Source of the DNA: an uncultured Bdellovibrionales bacterium
GTDB taxonomy: Bacteria; Bdellovibrionota; Bdellovibrionia; Bdellovibrionales; UBA1609
Assembly (NCBI GenBank): GCA_938001965.1
Contig: CALLBC010000007.1
Location: 9,709 to 73,708 of the forward strand
Direction of reading: 5' to 3'
Length of the DNA stretch: 64,000 nt
This document shows positions 1 through 9,472 of the stretch, in pieces. The notes below the pieces were generated by a model. The model did no database searches. It saw only the letters and a list, made by a program, of their open reading frames with translations, and had not been told where the DNA came from. Numbering within the stretch: the first letter of the stretch is position 1; every line of letters starts with the position of its first letter. Made by a program: the position numbers and the translations under genes.

Positions 1-602
1 TACATGGATAGAGGACTAACTATTTTTTCGTTTAAATTTAACTCTTTGTTTATACTTCCATAGCGCTTTAAAACTAAGTCCTTAATATAAGGACCATCTA
101 AATTAAACTCTCTGATTTCCTGCATAGTGCCTGGTGACTTATTAAAGGCATTTATAAACCCTTTATATACAAACTCACTACAGTAAATTTTATCGTCAGA
201 CCACTCAAAGTATATATCATAGTTTAAACCCAAATATTTTTTTAAACTCTCTTTTAATAAATTTTGATTTCGCAAATCACTCAAATCAACAAAGTTTTTC
301 TTAACACGTTTTATAGTTACTCTTTCTTCCTTTCCATTTTTAATGAATCGCTTAATAGGGGTTATTTTTACAGGCTGCACAGCCTCATAAACATTCCATT
401 TGCCAGCCTCTTTAAACAATACTCCCACATGAGTAATATGAGACCCAGAACCTTCCTGCAAAGCCTCAGACTGACTACTTAAACTAGATTGAAATATTAA
501 ATCACCACTCTGAGCATGCTGATTAAGATACCTTTCAAAAGAAGAGCCCCAAGCGTTATTAACTATGGTAAAAACTAAAAGTGAAAATAAAAATTTTAAC
601 AT
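1..602 (-). CDS. YiiX/YaeF-family permuted papain-like (peptidase C92-type) secreted enzyme; 3' end lies outside the window
   Basis: Absent from the ORF track because it runs off the left edge. My minus-strand translation from ATG (602-600) is open to base 1. It reads MLKFLFSLLVFTIVNNAWG (signal peptide) ...GDLIFQSS...GSHITHVGVLF...DDKIYCSEFVYKGF. His-then-Cys motif order (HVG ... YCSEFV) is typical of this family. GGAG lies 7 nt upstream (613-610). Confidence 0.75.
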   Translation of the reverse strand, partial: MLKFLFSLLVFTIVNNAWGSSFERYLNQHAQSGDLIFQSSLSSQSEALQEGSGSHITHVGVLFKEAGKWNVYEAVQPVKITPIKRFIKNGKEERVTIKRVKKNFVDLSDLRNQNLLKESLKKYLGLNYDIYFEWSDDKIYCSEFVYKGFINAFNKSPGTMQEIREFNLDGPYIKDLVLKRYGSINKELNLNEKIVSPLSM

Positions 603-720
603 CACAAATCTCCTAATATTAAAAATAATCTGTACATAAATGATAATTCTAATCATAAAAATTACAAACACTAAAAATATAAGCTGATTGAAGAATGGAA
701 TAATTAGTTAACTGTACGCG

Positions 721-1020
721 CCAAGCCTCTAGCTTTACATCTGATTTTGAAGTGGAGTTTATTTACTCCACGCGCAGTTCCGTTAACTCGCGACTTCACG
801 AAGTGGAGTTGCGCCATTAATAGCTGCTTGAATGGGATAACTGACTATATGTTACTCGCTACACACACCAAACCTCTAGCTTTACGCTTGAGTTTGAAAT
901 AGAGTTTATTTACTCCACGCGCAGTTCCGTTAGCGCGTGACTTCACGAAGTGGAGTTCCGCGATTAACGGCTGTCTGAGCATGGAGTGAATAAACTCCAC
1001 TTCAAAATCAGATGTAAAGC
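721..1020. repeat. Composite structured intergenic repeat: two ~115-bp direct copies (721-835, 868-985; period 147 bp) plus a terminal 38-bp inverted copy (983-1020 vs 731-768)
   Basis: Read directly. The two units share CCTCTAGCTTTAC..GAGTTTATTTACTCCACGCGCAGTTCCGTTA..GACTTCACGAAGTGGAGTT at about 85% identity. 983-1020 is the reverse complement of 731-768 with 1 mismatch. The region is visibly GC-richer than its flanks. Each unit contains GAAGTGGAGTT / ACTCCAC / GAAGTGGAGTT, which allows alternative hairpins. Confidence 0.85.
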
Positions 1021-1027
1021 GGGCCCT

Positions 1028-1414
1028 CTATTCGTTGGCTCCCGAAATTATATCTTCTAACTGCTGCTCGGAAATATTTTCTGGTTTATTTTTTGGATTT
1101 AGATCATAGCGGATTTTATGCACCCAGCGACGCCCCACAAATGCGTTAATTTTTCTTTTTAACTCAAGCTCAATAAATTGTAAGTTCTGCATATGCACTG
1201 GGTGAGCGACCCATAAAGTCAGTAAACCCTGATCATACTGTATGGGAGAGGAGTATTGGCTAATTTGAGGACCCACAAGTTCTGCCCATTGGTTCCAAAC
1301 CTTCCACCTTGTAAACTGTTGAGATAAGGGCGATTTTTGAAAAAAACTTTTCAATACCTCTGAGCTTGTTTCTAACTGCGCCTTTTTCTTGCGCAACTTC
1401 TTTTTGTCTGACAT
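1028..1414 (-). CDS. DUF721 (DciA-like) protein
   Basis: 128-aa ORF. The pattern W..VWNQWAELVGPQI...P..YDQGLLTLWVAHPVHMQNLQF.ELELKRKIN matches the DUF721 pattern (W..ivG..i..h..p..l.dg.L.v.v.s..w..eL) as I recall it. Confidence 0.6.
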   Translation of the reverse strand: MSDKKKLRKKKAQLETSSEVLKSFFQKSPLSQQFTRWKVWNQWAELVGPQISQYSSPIQYDQGLLTLWVAHPVHMQNLQFIELELKRKINAFVGRRWVHKIRYDLNPKNKPENISEQQLEDIISGANE

Positions 1415-1439
1415 AAACTCACTTTAAAGGGATTATAAT

Positions 1440-2750
1440 ATGAAGTCTATATGCGTAGTGGGAGCCGGTTTAGCTGGAAGTGAATGTGCTTATCAATTAG
1501 CTCAATTAGGTCACAAAGTGGACCTCATCGAGATGAGACCAAAAGTAACTACACCTGCACATAAAACCGCATTATTTGCTGAGCTTGTTTGTTCAAATTC
1601 ATTTGGCAGCAAAACAGACTATTCAGCCCCAGGCCAACTTAAGTGGGAGGCTAGAAAACACGGCAGCCTTATTTTACAGGCTGCTGAAGTTGCAACGGTT
1701 CCAGCTGGTATGGCTCTTGGAGTGGATAGAGTTGTTTTCTCTGAGTTTATTACAGATAAAATCCGCAACCACCCCAATATTACAGTTATTGAAAAAGTTG
1801 TTCGCTCATTAGATGAGGTTCCAAGACCCGCAGTTATTGCCACAGGGCCACTAACCCATGATGATCTTTCCCATAGTATGAAAGAACACTTTGATGATGA
1901 CTTTTTATATTTTTATGATGCCATTGCACCAATCATTGATACTGAAAGTATAAATCACGATATCACCTGGAAAGGTGATCGCTGGGGTAAGGGAACTAAT
2001 GACTATATTAATTGCCCATTAAACAAAGAACAGTATTATAACTTAATTGAAGAAATTAAAGCCGCCCGCAAAGTAGAGCCAAAAGAATTTGAAAAAGATG
2101 CTAAATACTTTGAAGGCTGCATGCCCATTGAAGCCATTATTGAGCGCGGTGACCGCACACTAAGGTTTGGCCCAATGTCACCTAAAGGCTTAGATAATCC
2201 TAAAACTGAAAAATGGGAATATGCCATAGTTCAGTTACGCCAAGAAAATAAAGAGGCCACAGCCTATAATATGGTGGGGTTTCAAACTAAAATGGCCTAC
2301 GGCGAACAAAAAAGAATTTTTAGAATGATACCCGGCCTAGAAGATGCTGAATTTTTAAAACTGGGAAGCATTCACAGAAATTTATATATTCACTCTCCTA
2401 AAAAGCTAACTCCACACTTATCAAGTAAAAAAGATCCGCAATTATTTTTTGCAGGCCAAATAACAGGGGTTGAGGGTTATTTTGATTCTACTTGTATTGG
2501 GCTGTTAGTTTCTAGTTTTGTTCACCAACAAGTTAATGGTAATGAAATCAAACTTCCTAATAGATTCACCGCTTTTGGCTCTTTACTTAATGCCATAACT
2601 GAAGACAAAAAACACTTTCAGCCCACTAATATAAACTTCAGTTTATTTCCTGCTATTACCGGAGATGGCCTAAGAGGCCGCAAAGGACGAGAGCAAAGAA
2701 GGGAGCTTCAATTGAAAAATGCTCAAGATAACTTTATACCGCTACACTAA
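1440..2750 (+). CDS. trmFO: Methylenetetrahydrofolate--tRNA-(uracil54-C5)-methyltransferase TrmFO (Gid)
   Basis: 436 aa. N-terminal FAD fold VVGAGLAGSECAYQLA, then ELVCSNSF and QITGVEGY motifs. Length and order are typical of TrmFO. Confidence 0.9.
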   Translation: MKSICVVGAGLAGSECAYQLAQLGHKVDLIEMRPKVTTPAHKTALFAELVCSNSFGSKTDYSAPGQLKWEARKHGSLILQAAEVATVPAGMALGVDRVVFSEFITDKIRNHPNITVIEKVVRSLDEVPRPAVIATGPLTHDDLSHSMKEHFDDDFLYFYDAIAPIIDTESINHDITWKGDRWGKGTNDYINCPLNKEQYYNLIEEIKAARKVEPKEFEKDAKYFEGCMPIEAIIERGDRTLRFGPMSPKGLDNPKTEKWEYAIVQLRQENKEATAYNMVGFQTKMAYGEQKRIFRMIPGLEDAEFLKLGSIHRNLYIHSPKKLTPHLSSKKDPQLFFAGQITGVEGYFDSTCIGLLVSSFVHQQVNGNEIKLPNRFTAFGSLLNAITEDKKHFQPTNINFSLFPAITGDGLRGRKGREQRRELQLKNAQDNFIPLH

Positions 2751-2768
2751 TTACGAGGACATTATACT

Positions 2769-4874
2769 ATGAAAAAATTTATTTATATTTTAATTTTTTT
2801 AACTCTTGGCGGATGCATGAACATCAAAAAAGGAACGAGTAGTACCAACTTAGATAATCTTTTATGGCTTGAAAAAGTTGAAGGAGATAAGGCTATTAAT
2901 TGGGTTAAAGCCCAAAATAAAGTTACGGACCATAAAAATAAAATATCAAAAAATTATAATACTCTAAAAAAGCAGGCTCTAGAAATTTTAGAAGATAAAA
3001 ATAAAATTCCTTACATGAGCATGAGGGGAAACTATGTTTATAATTTTTGGCAAGATAAAAACCATGCAAAAGGTATATGGAGAAGAACTACGCTTAATAG
3101 TTATAAATCAAAAAATCCAAGATGGACTACACTTATTGATGTCGATCTTCTGGCAAAAAAAGAAAATGAAAATTGGGTATTTAAAGAGACCGATTGTTTT
3201 ATAGATGACTATGATAAGTGTTTAATACATTTATCTCGCGGAGGAAAAGACGCAACTGTCATTAGAGAGTTTAACCTCAAAACCAAAAAATTTGTTACAA
3301 ATGGATTTCAACTCCCAGAAGCTAAATCATGGGTCAGTTGGAGAGATAAAGACTCTTTATATGTTGGAACTGATTTTGGCAAAGATACCATGACTAAAAG
3401 TGGGTATCCAAAAATTGTAAAAATTTGGAATAGAAATACTTCATTATCATCAGCTAAAGAGGTTTTTTCTGGCATAAATGACGACATGGGTGTCTATGGC
3501 TACTTCATGAAAGATGGCGACCAATACTTTCACACTATCACTCAATATAAAAATTTCTATGCTTCAAAAAAGTGGAGTATTTCCAAAGATGGATTAAAGT
3601 TAATTCCGCTGCAAGACAGTGCTAAAATTGAAGGGCTGTTTAATGGCTTCCTTATAGTTTCACTAAAGAAAGATTGGACAATTGAAGACACTACTTTTAA
3701 ATCAGGCTCCGCCTTAGCTGTAAAAAGAAAAATCGTTGATAGTGGAAAAGTGACTACAGATGATATTTTAATTTTAAAGGAACCTTCTGCAAAAGAGTCT
3801 ATTCAGTCTATTCGTAAATCAAGAAATAAGTTAATTATTAGTACAATTGATAATGTTCGTGGAAAAATTTATCAAATTGATTATAAGAATAAATTATTTA
3901 CTCAACCAAAATTATTAAATATAAACTCTAGTGGCGATATCAGGCTTTCTGCAACAGACGACAGCACTAATCTAATTACTTTTTATGACGAAGGCTTTTT
4001 ACAACCCAGATCACTAAACTTATATAACCTTGACGCCAATAAGGTTACGCCACTTAAATCTTTAAAAGCAAAGTTTAATATTAATGGAATGACTGTAGAG
4101 CAGCGATGGGCAACCAGTAAAGACGGAACAAAAATTCCTTACTTTATTGTTGGTAAAAAAGAGGTCCTTGCAAAAGGAAATGCCCCCACTGAACTTTATG
4201 GCTATGGTGGATTTAATATCTCTAGTAAGCCGTATTACAATGATGTGCTTGGAAAGCTATGGCTTGAAAAAAATGGCGTTTATGTTTTAGCTAACATTAG
4301 AGGTGGTGGAGAGTTTGGTCCTAGCTGGCATCAATCCGCAATATTAAAAAATAAACATAAATCTTACGAGGATTTTATTTCTGTTGCTGAGCATTTAATT
4401 TCCACAGGTGTAACTAGTAATAGCAGGCTTGCTATCAGTGGAGGAAGCAATGGAGGCCTTTTAGTAGGAGCAGTGATGGTAAAACGACCAGACTTATTTA
4501 ATTCAGTTATATGCCAAGTTCCACTGCTTGATATGTTGAGGTATCATAAACTATTAGCAGGAGCGAGCTGGATGGCTGAATACGGCGACCCAGATAAACC
4601 TGATATGCGTGAATATATTTTAACTTACTCGCCATACCAAAATGTGAAAAAGAATGTTAAATACCCAAATGTGCTTTTTATGACTTCTACAAAAGATGAT
4701 CGTGTCCACCCTGGACATGCTAGAAAAATGGCTGCTCGAATGATGGAACAAGGACACCAAGGAATTAGTTACTATGAAAATACAGAAGGCGGTCATTCAG
4801 CCAGCTCTGACTTAAAACAAAGAGCAAAAATGAAAGCAATAAAATATAACTTCTTACTTGAAAACCTTAAGTAA
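2769..4874 (+). CDS. Prolyl oligopeptidase family (S9A) lipoprotein
   Basis: 701 aa. Lipobox LTLGGC at the N-terminus. Catalytic serine motif GGSNGGLLVGA, downstream DDRV and GGH motifs of the Ser-Asp-His triad. N-terminal beta-propeller-length region. Confidence 0.85.
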   Translation: MKKFIYILIFLTLGGCMNIKKGTSSTNLDNLLWLEKVEGDKAINWVKAQNKVTDHKNKISKNYNTLKKQALEILEDKNKIPYMSMRGNYVYNFWQDKNHAKGIWRRTTLNSYKSKNPRWTTLIDVDLLAKKENENWVFKETDCFIDDYDKCLIHLSRGGKDATVIREFNLKTKKFVTNGFQLPEAKSWVSWRDKDSLYVGTDFGKDTMTKSGYPKIVKIWNRNTSLSSAKEVFSGINDDMGVYGYFMKDGDQYFHTITQYKNFYASKKWSISKDGLKLIPLQDSAKIEGLFNGFLIVSLKKDWTIEDTTFKSGSALAVKRKIVDSGKVTTDDILILKEPSAKESIQSIRKSRNKLIISTIDNVRGKIYQIDYKNKLFTQPKLLNINSSGDIRLSATDDSTNLITFYDEGFLQPRSLNLYNLDANKVTPLKSLKAKFNINGMTVEQRWATSKDGTKIPYFIVGKKEVLAKGNAPTELYGYGGFNISSKPYYNDVLGKLWLEKNGVYVLANIRGGGEFGPSWHQSAILKNKHKSYEDFISVAEHLISTGVTSNSRLAISGGSNGGLLVGAVMVKRPDLFNSVICQVPLLDMLRYHKLLAGASWMAEYGDPDKPDMREYILTYSPYQNVKKNVKYPNVLFMTSTKDDRVHPGHARKMAARMMEQGHQGISYYENTEGGHSASSDLKQRAKMKAIKYNFLLENLK

Positions 4875-4882
4875 CCCTATTA

Positions 4883-4909
4883 GCCCGTATATACTTTGTG
4901 CATACGGAC
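4883..4909. terminator. Possible bidirectional hairpin between convergent genes
   Basis: CCGTAT (4885-4890) pairs with ATACGG (4902-4907) around an 11-nt loop, in the 35-bp gap between the convergent S9A and glmS genes. The stem is short and there is no clear U-run. Confidence 0.35.
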
Positions 4910-6739
4910 TTATTCAACCGTTACTGACTTGGCTAAGTTTCTTGGCTGATCTACATCATGACCCAATGCACTTGCTACATGTAATGATAGCAGCTGCAAC
5001 GGAATAACCGCTAAAAATGGATTAATATTCCATGGAACCTCAGGAATAGATAAGAAGTTAATACTTAAATTTTTTAGTCTCTCATCATTCACAGTACCAA
5101 TGGAAATGACTTGAGCTCCCCTGGCTTTTGCAGTTTCTAGGTTACTAATTGCTTTATCGTACAAATCATCTTTTGGTGCTATCATAACAACAGCCATTTG
5201 TTCATCAATTAGTGCAAGCGGGCCATGCTTCATTTCCCCAGCTGCGTAACCTTCTGCGTGCATATAGGCTAACTCTTTAAGTTTTAAAGCGCCTTCTAAA
5301 GCTATTGGAAAGTTAACTCCTCTTCCAAGGTACAAAAAGCCTTTATAATCTTTTAATCTTTCAGCAGCTTCAGCAAAGAATTTGTCATAAGTTAAAACTG
5401 ACTCCATATGGCTTGGAGTCGCTAGTAATGACTTTACCAAAGCCCTTTCTTCTTCAGGCTTCATATTACCGTTCACTTTAGCAATATACCCTGCAAGTAA
5501 ATTTAAAATTGATAATGAACAAATAAATGCTTTTGTACTGGCAACACCAATTTCTACCCCAGCATTCATATATAGCTGAATATCTGATTCACGATCCATG
5601 CTTGAGTGCTGAACATTACAAAGGGATAAAGTACGAACCCCTTGCTCTTTAGCCAAACGCAAAGCCGCCAGAGTATCCGCTGTTTCCCCACTTTGAGAAA
5701 TTACTATTAATAATGAGTTTTTAACTAGCTTAGGACTTCTGTACCTAAATTCACTGGCAATATCTACCTTACAAGACACACCAGACATTTTTTCAAGTAA
5801 GTACTCACCGACCATGCCTGAGTAAAAGCTTGTCCCGCAAGACACTATATATATTTGCTCTAATGATTTAATATCAGATACGTAACTCTCTAAAGCAGGC
5901 ATCTCAATACTTTGTGTTTCAATATTAATATAAGGCTCTAATGACTTAGCCATACTTCTTGGCTGCTCAAATATTTCTTTTAACATATAGTAAGGATAAC
6001 CTGACTTTTCAACTTGCTCGGCAGACCAACTAATTTCCTCTATTTTTTTATCTATAGGCTTTAGATCATTAGAATAAAATTTATAACTATCTTTCTGAAT
6101 ATGTACTACTTCATTTTCCGACAAGTAGGCGATGTTTTTAGTGTATGGAACAATAGCTAACATATCACTTGCAACAATAAATGATTTTTCAGCAAAACCC
6201 ACTAATAATGGGGGGCCGTTAGTAAAAGCCACCATTTCATCAGGGTGCCTTTCAGATAAAACTAAAACTGCATAAGCCCCCTGTAATCTTGGAATAACTT
6301 CTTTAACAGCAGTTAACAAATCATTAGTTTGCTTTACTTTAATATTGATTAAGTGGGCTATTAGCTCTGTGTCAGTGTCTGAATAAATTTCTGAACCACC
6401 AGCGATCAATTCATCACGTAGCTCTGCATAGTTTTCAATAATTCCATTATGCACCACACTCACTCCACCAATCATATGAGGATGAGCGTTTTTTTCAGTG
6501 GCAGGACCGTGTGTCGCCCAGCGCGTATGACCAATTCCTAAATTACCTCTAATAGGTTCTTCATTAAGCTTTTTTTCTAGGTTAACTAGTTTTCCACGGG
6601 CTCTAGATCTATTTATAAATTCACCATTATGAATAGCAACTCCTGCGCTATCATAACCTCTATACTCTAGAGTTTTTAATCCCTTAACAATTACTTCTTG
6701 AGCGTCTTCTCTGCCCAAGCATCCAACAATTCCACACAT
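4910..6739 (-). CDS. glmS: Glutamine--fructose-6-phosphate aminotransferase (isomerising)
   Basis: 609 aa. Starts MCGIVG (N-terminal nucleophile Cys), has two SIS-domain regions and ends ...NLAKSVTVE, the canonical GlmS C-terminus. Confidence 0.95.
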   Translation of the reverse strand: MCGIVGCLGREDAQEVIVKGLKTLEYRGYDSAGVAIHNGEFINRSRARGKLVNLEKKLNEEPIRGNLGIGHTRWATHGPATEKNAHPHMIGGVSVVHNGIIENYAELRDELIAGGSEIYSDTDTELIAHLINIKVKQTNDLLTAVKEVIPRLQGAYAVLVLSERHPDEMVAFTNGPPLLVGFAEKSFIVASDMLAIVPYTKNIAYLSENEVVHIQKDSYKFYSNDLKPIDKKIEEISWSAEQVEKSGYPYYMLKEIFEQPRSMAKSLEPYINIETQSIEMPALESYVSDIKSLEQIYIVSCGTSFYSGMVGEYLLEKMSGVSCKVDIASEFRYRSPKLVKNSLLIVISQSGETADTLAALRLAKEQGVRTLSLCNVQHSSMDRESDIQLYMNAGVEIGVASTKAFICSLSILNLLAGYIAKVNGNMKPEEERALVKSLLATPSHMESVLTYDKFFAEAAERLKDYKGFLYLGRGVNFPIALEGALKLKELAYMHAEGYAAGEMKHGPLALIDEQMAVVMIAPKDDLYDKAISNLETAKARGAQVISIGTVNDERLKNLSINFLSIPEVPWNINPFLAVIPLQLLSLHVASALGHDVDQPRNLAKSVTVE

Positions 6740-6753
6740 ATATTAATTACCTT

Positions 6754-8118
6754 TTATTTTCTGTAGTTTTCTTTGATAACTTGTTTGCCTCGCGCAACAG
6801 CCAAAGCATTATCAGGAACATCTTTCGTTATAGTTGAACCAGAACCAATTACAGTATTTTTTCCAATTTCAACTGGAGCAACAAACTGAGAATCACTTCC
6901 TATAAACGACCCATCACCAATTTTAGTGACATATTTCTTTTTATCTGCAGCGTAGTTACAAGTTATAGTACCACAACCAATATTTACATCTTCACCAATA
7001 ATTGCATCACCCAAATAAGTTAAGTGACTGGCTTTAGATTTATTGCCAAATTTTACTTTTTTCATCTCCACAAAATTACCAATTTTTGCTTCCTCACCAA
7101 TTACTGTTTCAGGTCGGATGTGGGCATAAGGGCCAACCTTAGACTTATTACCAATAAAGCATTTGCTTAAGTAACTACCAGCCTTAACCTCTACTGAATC
7201 ACCCACCTCTGAATTTTGAATAAATACATTTGGCTCTAATATGCAGTATTTACCAATTTTAGTTTTTTCTTTTAAATAAACACCAGGATATAAAATTGTT
7301 CCTTCACCAACTGTAACATCTTCCTCAACGTACGTGCTATCTGGATCAATCACTATAACACCATCGTCTAATAGCTGGTTAATTTTATTTTTAAAAACAT
7401 CTTTTGTGGCCATTGCTAGCTCCTTTTGATTATTAACTCCAAATGCAATCCTTGAATCACCAATAATTGCACCAACCTTCTGACCCTTTTCCTGACATAA
7501 CGAAATTATATCCGTTAAGTAGTATTCACCTTGAGCATTATGGCAAGTGATCATAGGCAAATACTCAGAAAGTAATTCAGCGTCCGTGATGTATACACCC
7601 GTATTAACTTCCTTAATTTTTAAAGTCTCATGAGAAGCATCTTTTGCCTCAACAATGGCACGTAACTGTCCGTGGTGCCGCACAATCCTTCCAAAAGATT
7701 TCGCATCATCTAATTCACAGGAAACAACTGATAAGTCATTCGACTTTTTAATATGTTCGTTAATAATAAACTTAATGTCATCGGGCTTTAATAAGGGATG
7801 GTCACCATTTAATATTAATGTGGTCCCTGTTAAATCATCTGGGTTGGCGGCCTGAACAGCCTTGGCAGTTCCATTTTGAACTTTTTGTTTGAAGCATACC
7901 CCACCAATAGGTTCAACAACTTGACGAACTAAATTTTCACCAAAGCCAACTATGACTCTTATCTCGCCAGCTCCAGCGGCCTTAACAGTTTCAATGGTTT
8001 TGTAAATCATTGGTACGCCGGCAACGGGGTGTAAAACCTTTGGTAATGTCGACTTCATTCTTGTGCCCTTACCTGCTGCCAATATTATTACTGAGAATTG
8101 TGGATCTTTCATAGGCAC
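6754..8118 (-). CDS. glmU: Bifunctional UDP-N-acetylglucosamine pyrophosphorylase / GlcN-1-P N-acetyltransferase
   Basis: 454 aa. N-terminal LAAGKGTRMKS nucleotidyltransferase motif. C-terminal left-handed beta-helix hexapeptide repeats (IG..V.IG). Sits 14 nt upstream of glmS on the same strand. Confidence 0.95.
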   Translation of the reverse strand: MPMKDPQFSVIILAAGKGTRMKSTLPKVLHPVAGVPMIYKTIETVKAAGAGEIRVIVGFGENLVRQVVEPIGGVCFKQKVQNGTAKAVQAANPDDLTGTTLILNGDHPLLKPDDIKFIINEHIKKSNDLSVVSCELDDAKSFGRIVRHHGQLRAIVEAKDASHETLKIKEVNTGVYITDAELLSEYLPMITCHNAQGEYYLTDIISLCQEKGQKVGAIIGDSRIAFGVNNQKELAMATKDVFKNKINQLLDDGVIVIDPDSTYVEEDVTVGEGTILYPGVYLKEKTKIGKYCILEPNVFIQNSEVGDSVEVKAGSYLSKCFIGNKSKVGPYAHIRPETVIGEEAKIGNFVEMKKVKFGNKSKASHLTYLGDAIIGEDVNIGCGTITCNYAADKKKYVTKIGDGSFIGSDSQFVAPVEIGKNTVIGSGSTITKDVPDNALAVARGKQVIKENYRK

Positions 8119-8612
8119 ATAATGTCTCTTTAATCACATTTTGGGTCAATAATTGCCCCTATTATTAAAATTTTAAATTCTTAATTCGATGCTTTTTAGA
8201 GACTGTTAGCCAATAATCTAGGCCTATACTGGGCACTATATGACCCCCATACTAAGAGATAATAGAGCATTCCCGCTAAACTTTTGTAATTACTGATTAA
8301 TTCAATATTAACAGTAATATAACCCATGATTAACTTGGAATGTTTTGGAGTGTATTTAGCCTACCTGGTTAGGTTTTACATGGCTTTGTTAGAGTTTATC
8401 TATAGTTTTATAAATTTTTATCACGAACTAAAAAATAAATAGTCAAAAGATTTCTAGCTTAAGAAGACTCGCTGTAAAGTGATTCTAATACGAGACTTTA
8501 GGTCATAAAAAACCAAGCTTATCTTTTTGTATACTGCTTAATTACTACTGTAGCCCAAACTCTAAGCAATACATTACTTGCCCTGATTAAAAGACTCAGA
8601 TAAATTTACTAT

Positions 8613-8975
8613 ATGACGTACTTAAATATTAAAAAAATAGAAGGACTAAGTGAGTGGGAATACTTTGTTTGGCGCCATAAGAATACTGGTAATTTAATTA
8701 TTCATTTTATTAGCTTTGTTTCTTCATTTGTATTTATTGTGTTGTCTATATATTTAAAAAATTACTGGCTCTTGTTAGGGGTACTGCCTTCACAGTACAT
8801 AGGATTTTTAGGGCATGTATTCTTCAAAGAAGGAGGAGCTAGAAATAAAGACTTTATATCGCCAATGACAACAATCTACCTCTCAAAAATTTTCTACCTA
8901 ATAGCTATAAATAAATATAAACATGAAGTTTCTTTGGTTGAAAAGAAAATCATTAGTATAAATAATAAATCTTAG
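8613..8975 (+). CDS. Small membrane protein, DUF962/Mpo1-like paralog (short)
   Basis: 120 aa, 2-3 hydrophobic helices. HKNTGNLIIHFIS and LGHVFFKEGG motifs parallel HTKKINIWIHEIS and LGHKHEGKKP of the neighbouring DUF962 protein. Confidence 0.55.
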   Translation: MTYLNIKKIEGLSEWEYFVWRHKNTGNLIIHFISFVSSFVFIVLSIYLKNYWLLLGVLPSQYIGFLGHVFFKEGGARNKDFISPMTTIYLSKIFYLIAINKYKHEVSLVEKKIISINNKS

Positions 8976-9451
8976 AATTTTATTTTTAAAAATTTATATA
9001 AATTAGCAAGAACCCATAATGGCCCTATAAGTAAAAAATTTAAATCATGAGCAAAAGAAGGCTTCTTCCCTTCATGTTTATGGCCCAATAATTGAGCAGC
9101 CCAAGTCATCAAATACATAACCATAAGTATATACAAATATTTTACTCCATAATTACCCTTCAACAACAATGAAATTAATAGCATTAGTATGAGCTGCAAA
9201 GCTATGCCGATATAGAGTTTAAAGTTATTAAAACGAACGTAAGCAATTAACATAGCTACTACCAGGAGTGTCCCCCAGCCAAGGTACTTACTTAAAAATA
9301 AATCTGGAAACGGAAGAAAACAAGCTAAACCAATAGTTGCATGAAGATTCAATGGAACAGAAATTTCATGAATCCATATATTAATTTTTTTTGTATGACT
9401 ATTTGAGTATTCCTTTAGATATTCATAAATTTTATTTTTTGCAAAAATCAT
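8972..9451 (-). CDS. DUF962 / Mpo1-like membrane protein (family of the yeast 2-hydroxy fatty-acid dioxygenase)
   Basis: 159 aa. H.....N.WIHEISVPL near the N-terminus, 3-4 TM helices, then GHKHEGKKPSF...LLIGPLWVL. This matches the DUF962 pattern as I recall it. Lies 21 nt downstream of the GH3 gene on the same strand. Confidence 0.65.
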   Translation of the reverse strand: MIFAKNKIYEYLKEYSNSHTKKINIWIHEISVPLNLHATIGLACFLPFPDLFLSKYLGWGTLLVVAMLIAYVRFNNFKLYIGIALQLILMLLISLLLKGNYGVKYLYILMVMYLMTWAAQLLGHKHEGKKPSFAHDLNFLLIGPLWVLANLYKFLKIKF

Positions 9452-9472
9452 TCTATCTCTACTTTATCTTTT

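Noticed and set aside
264-482. 72-aa plus-strand ORF from the track
   Set aside because: It lies entirely antisense to the well-supported YiiX-like gene (1-602, minus), which has a signal peptide, catalytic motifs and an RBS. The product has low-complexity composition and there is no RBS.
721-1020. Interpreting the repeat as oriC/DnaA boxes (gid- and DciA-like neighbours) or as a CRISPR array
   Set aside because: There is no TTATCCACA-type box (the nearest, TTACTCCAC, is a poor match) and no AT-rich unwinding element pattern. Only two long imperfect units are present, with no unique spacers and no cas genes, so it is not a CRISPR array.
6740-8612. Looked for a glmS ribozyme upstream of glmS or glmU
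   Set aside because: glmS follows glmU after only 14 nt. The 494-bp region upstream of glmU shows no GC-rich pseudoknot-like core, and I could not recognise the ribozyme's conserved segments. It is in any case characteristic of Gram-positive lineages.
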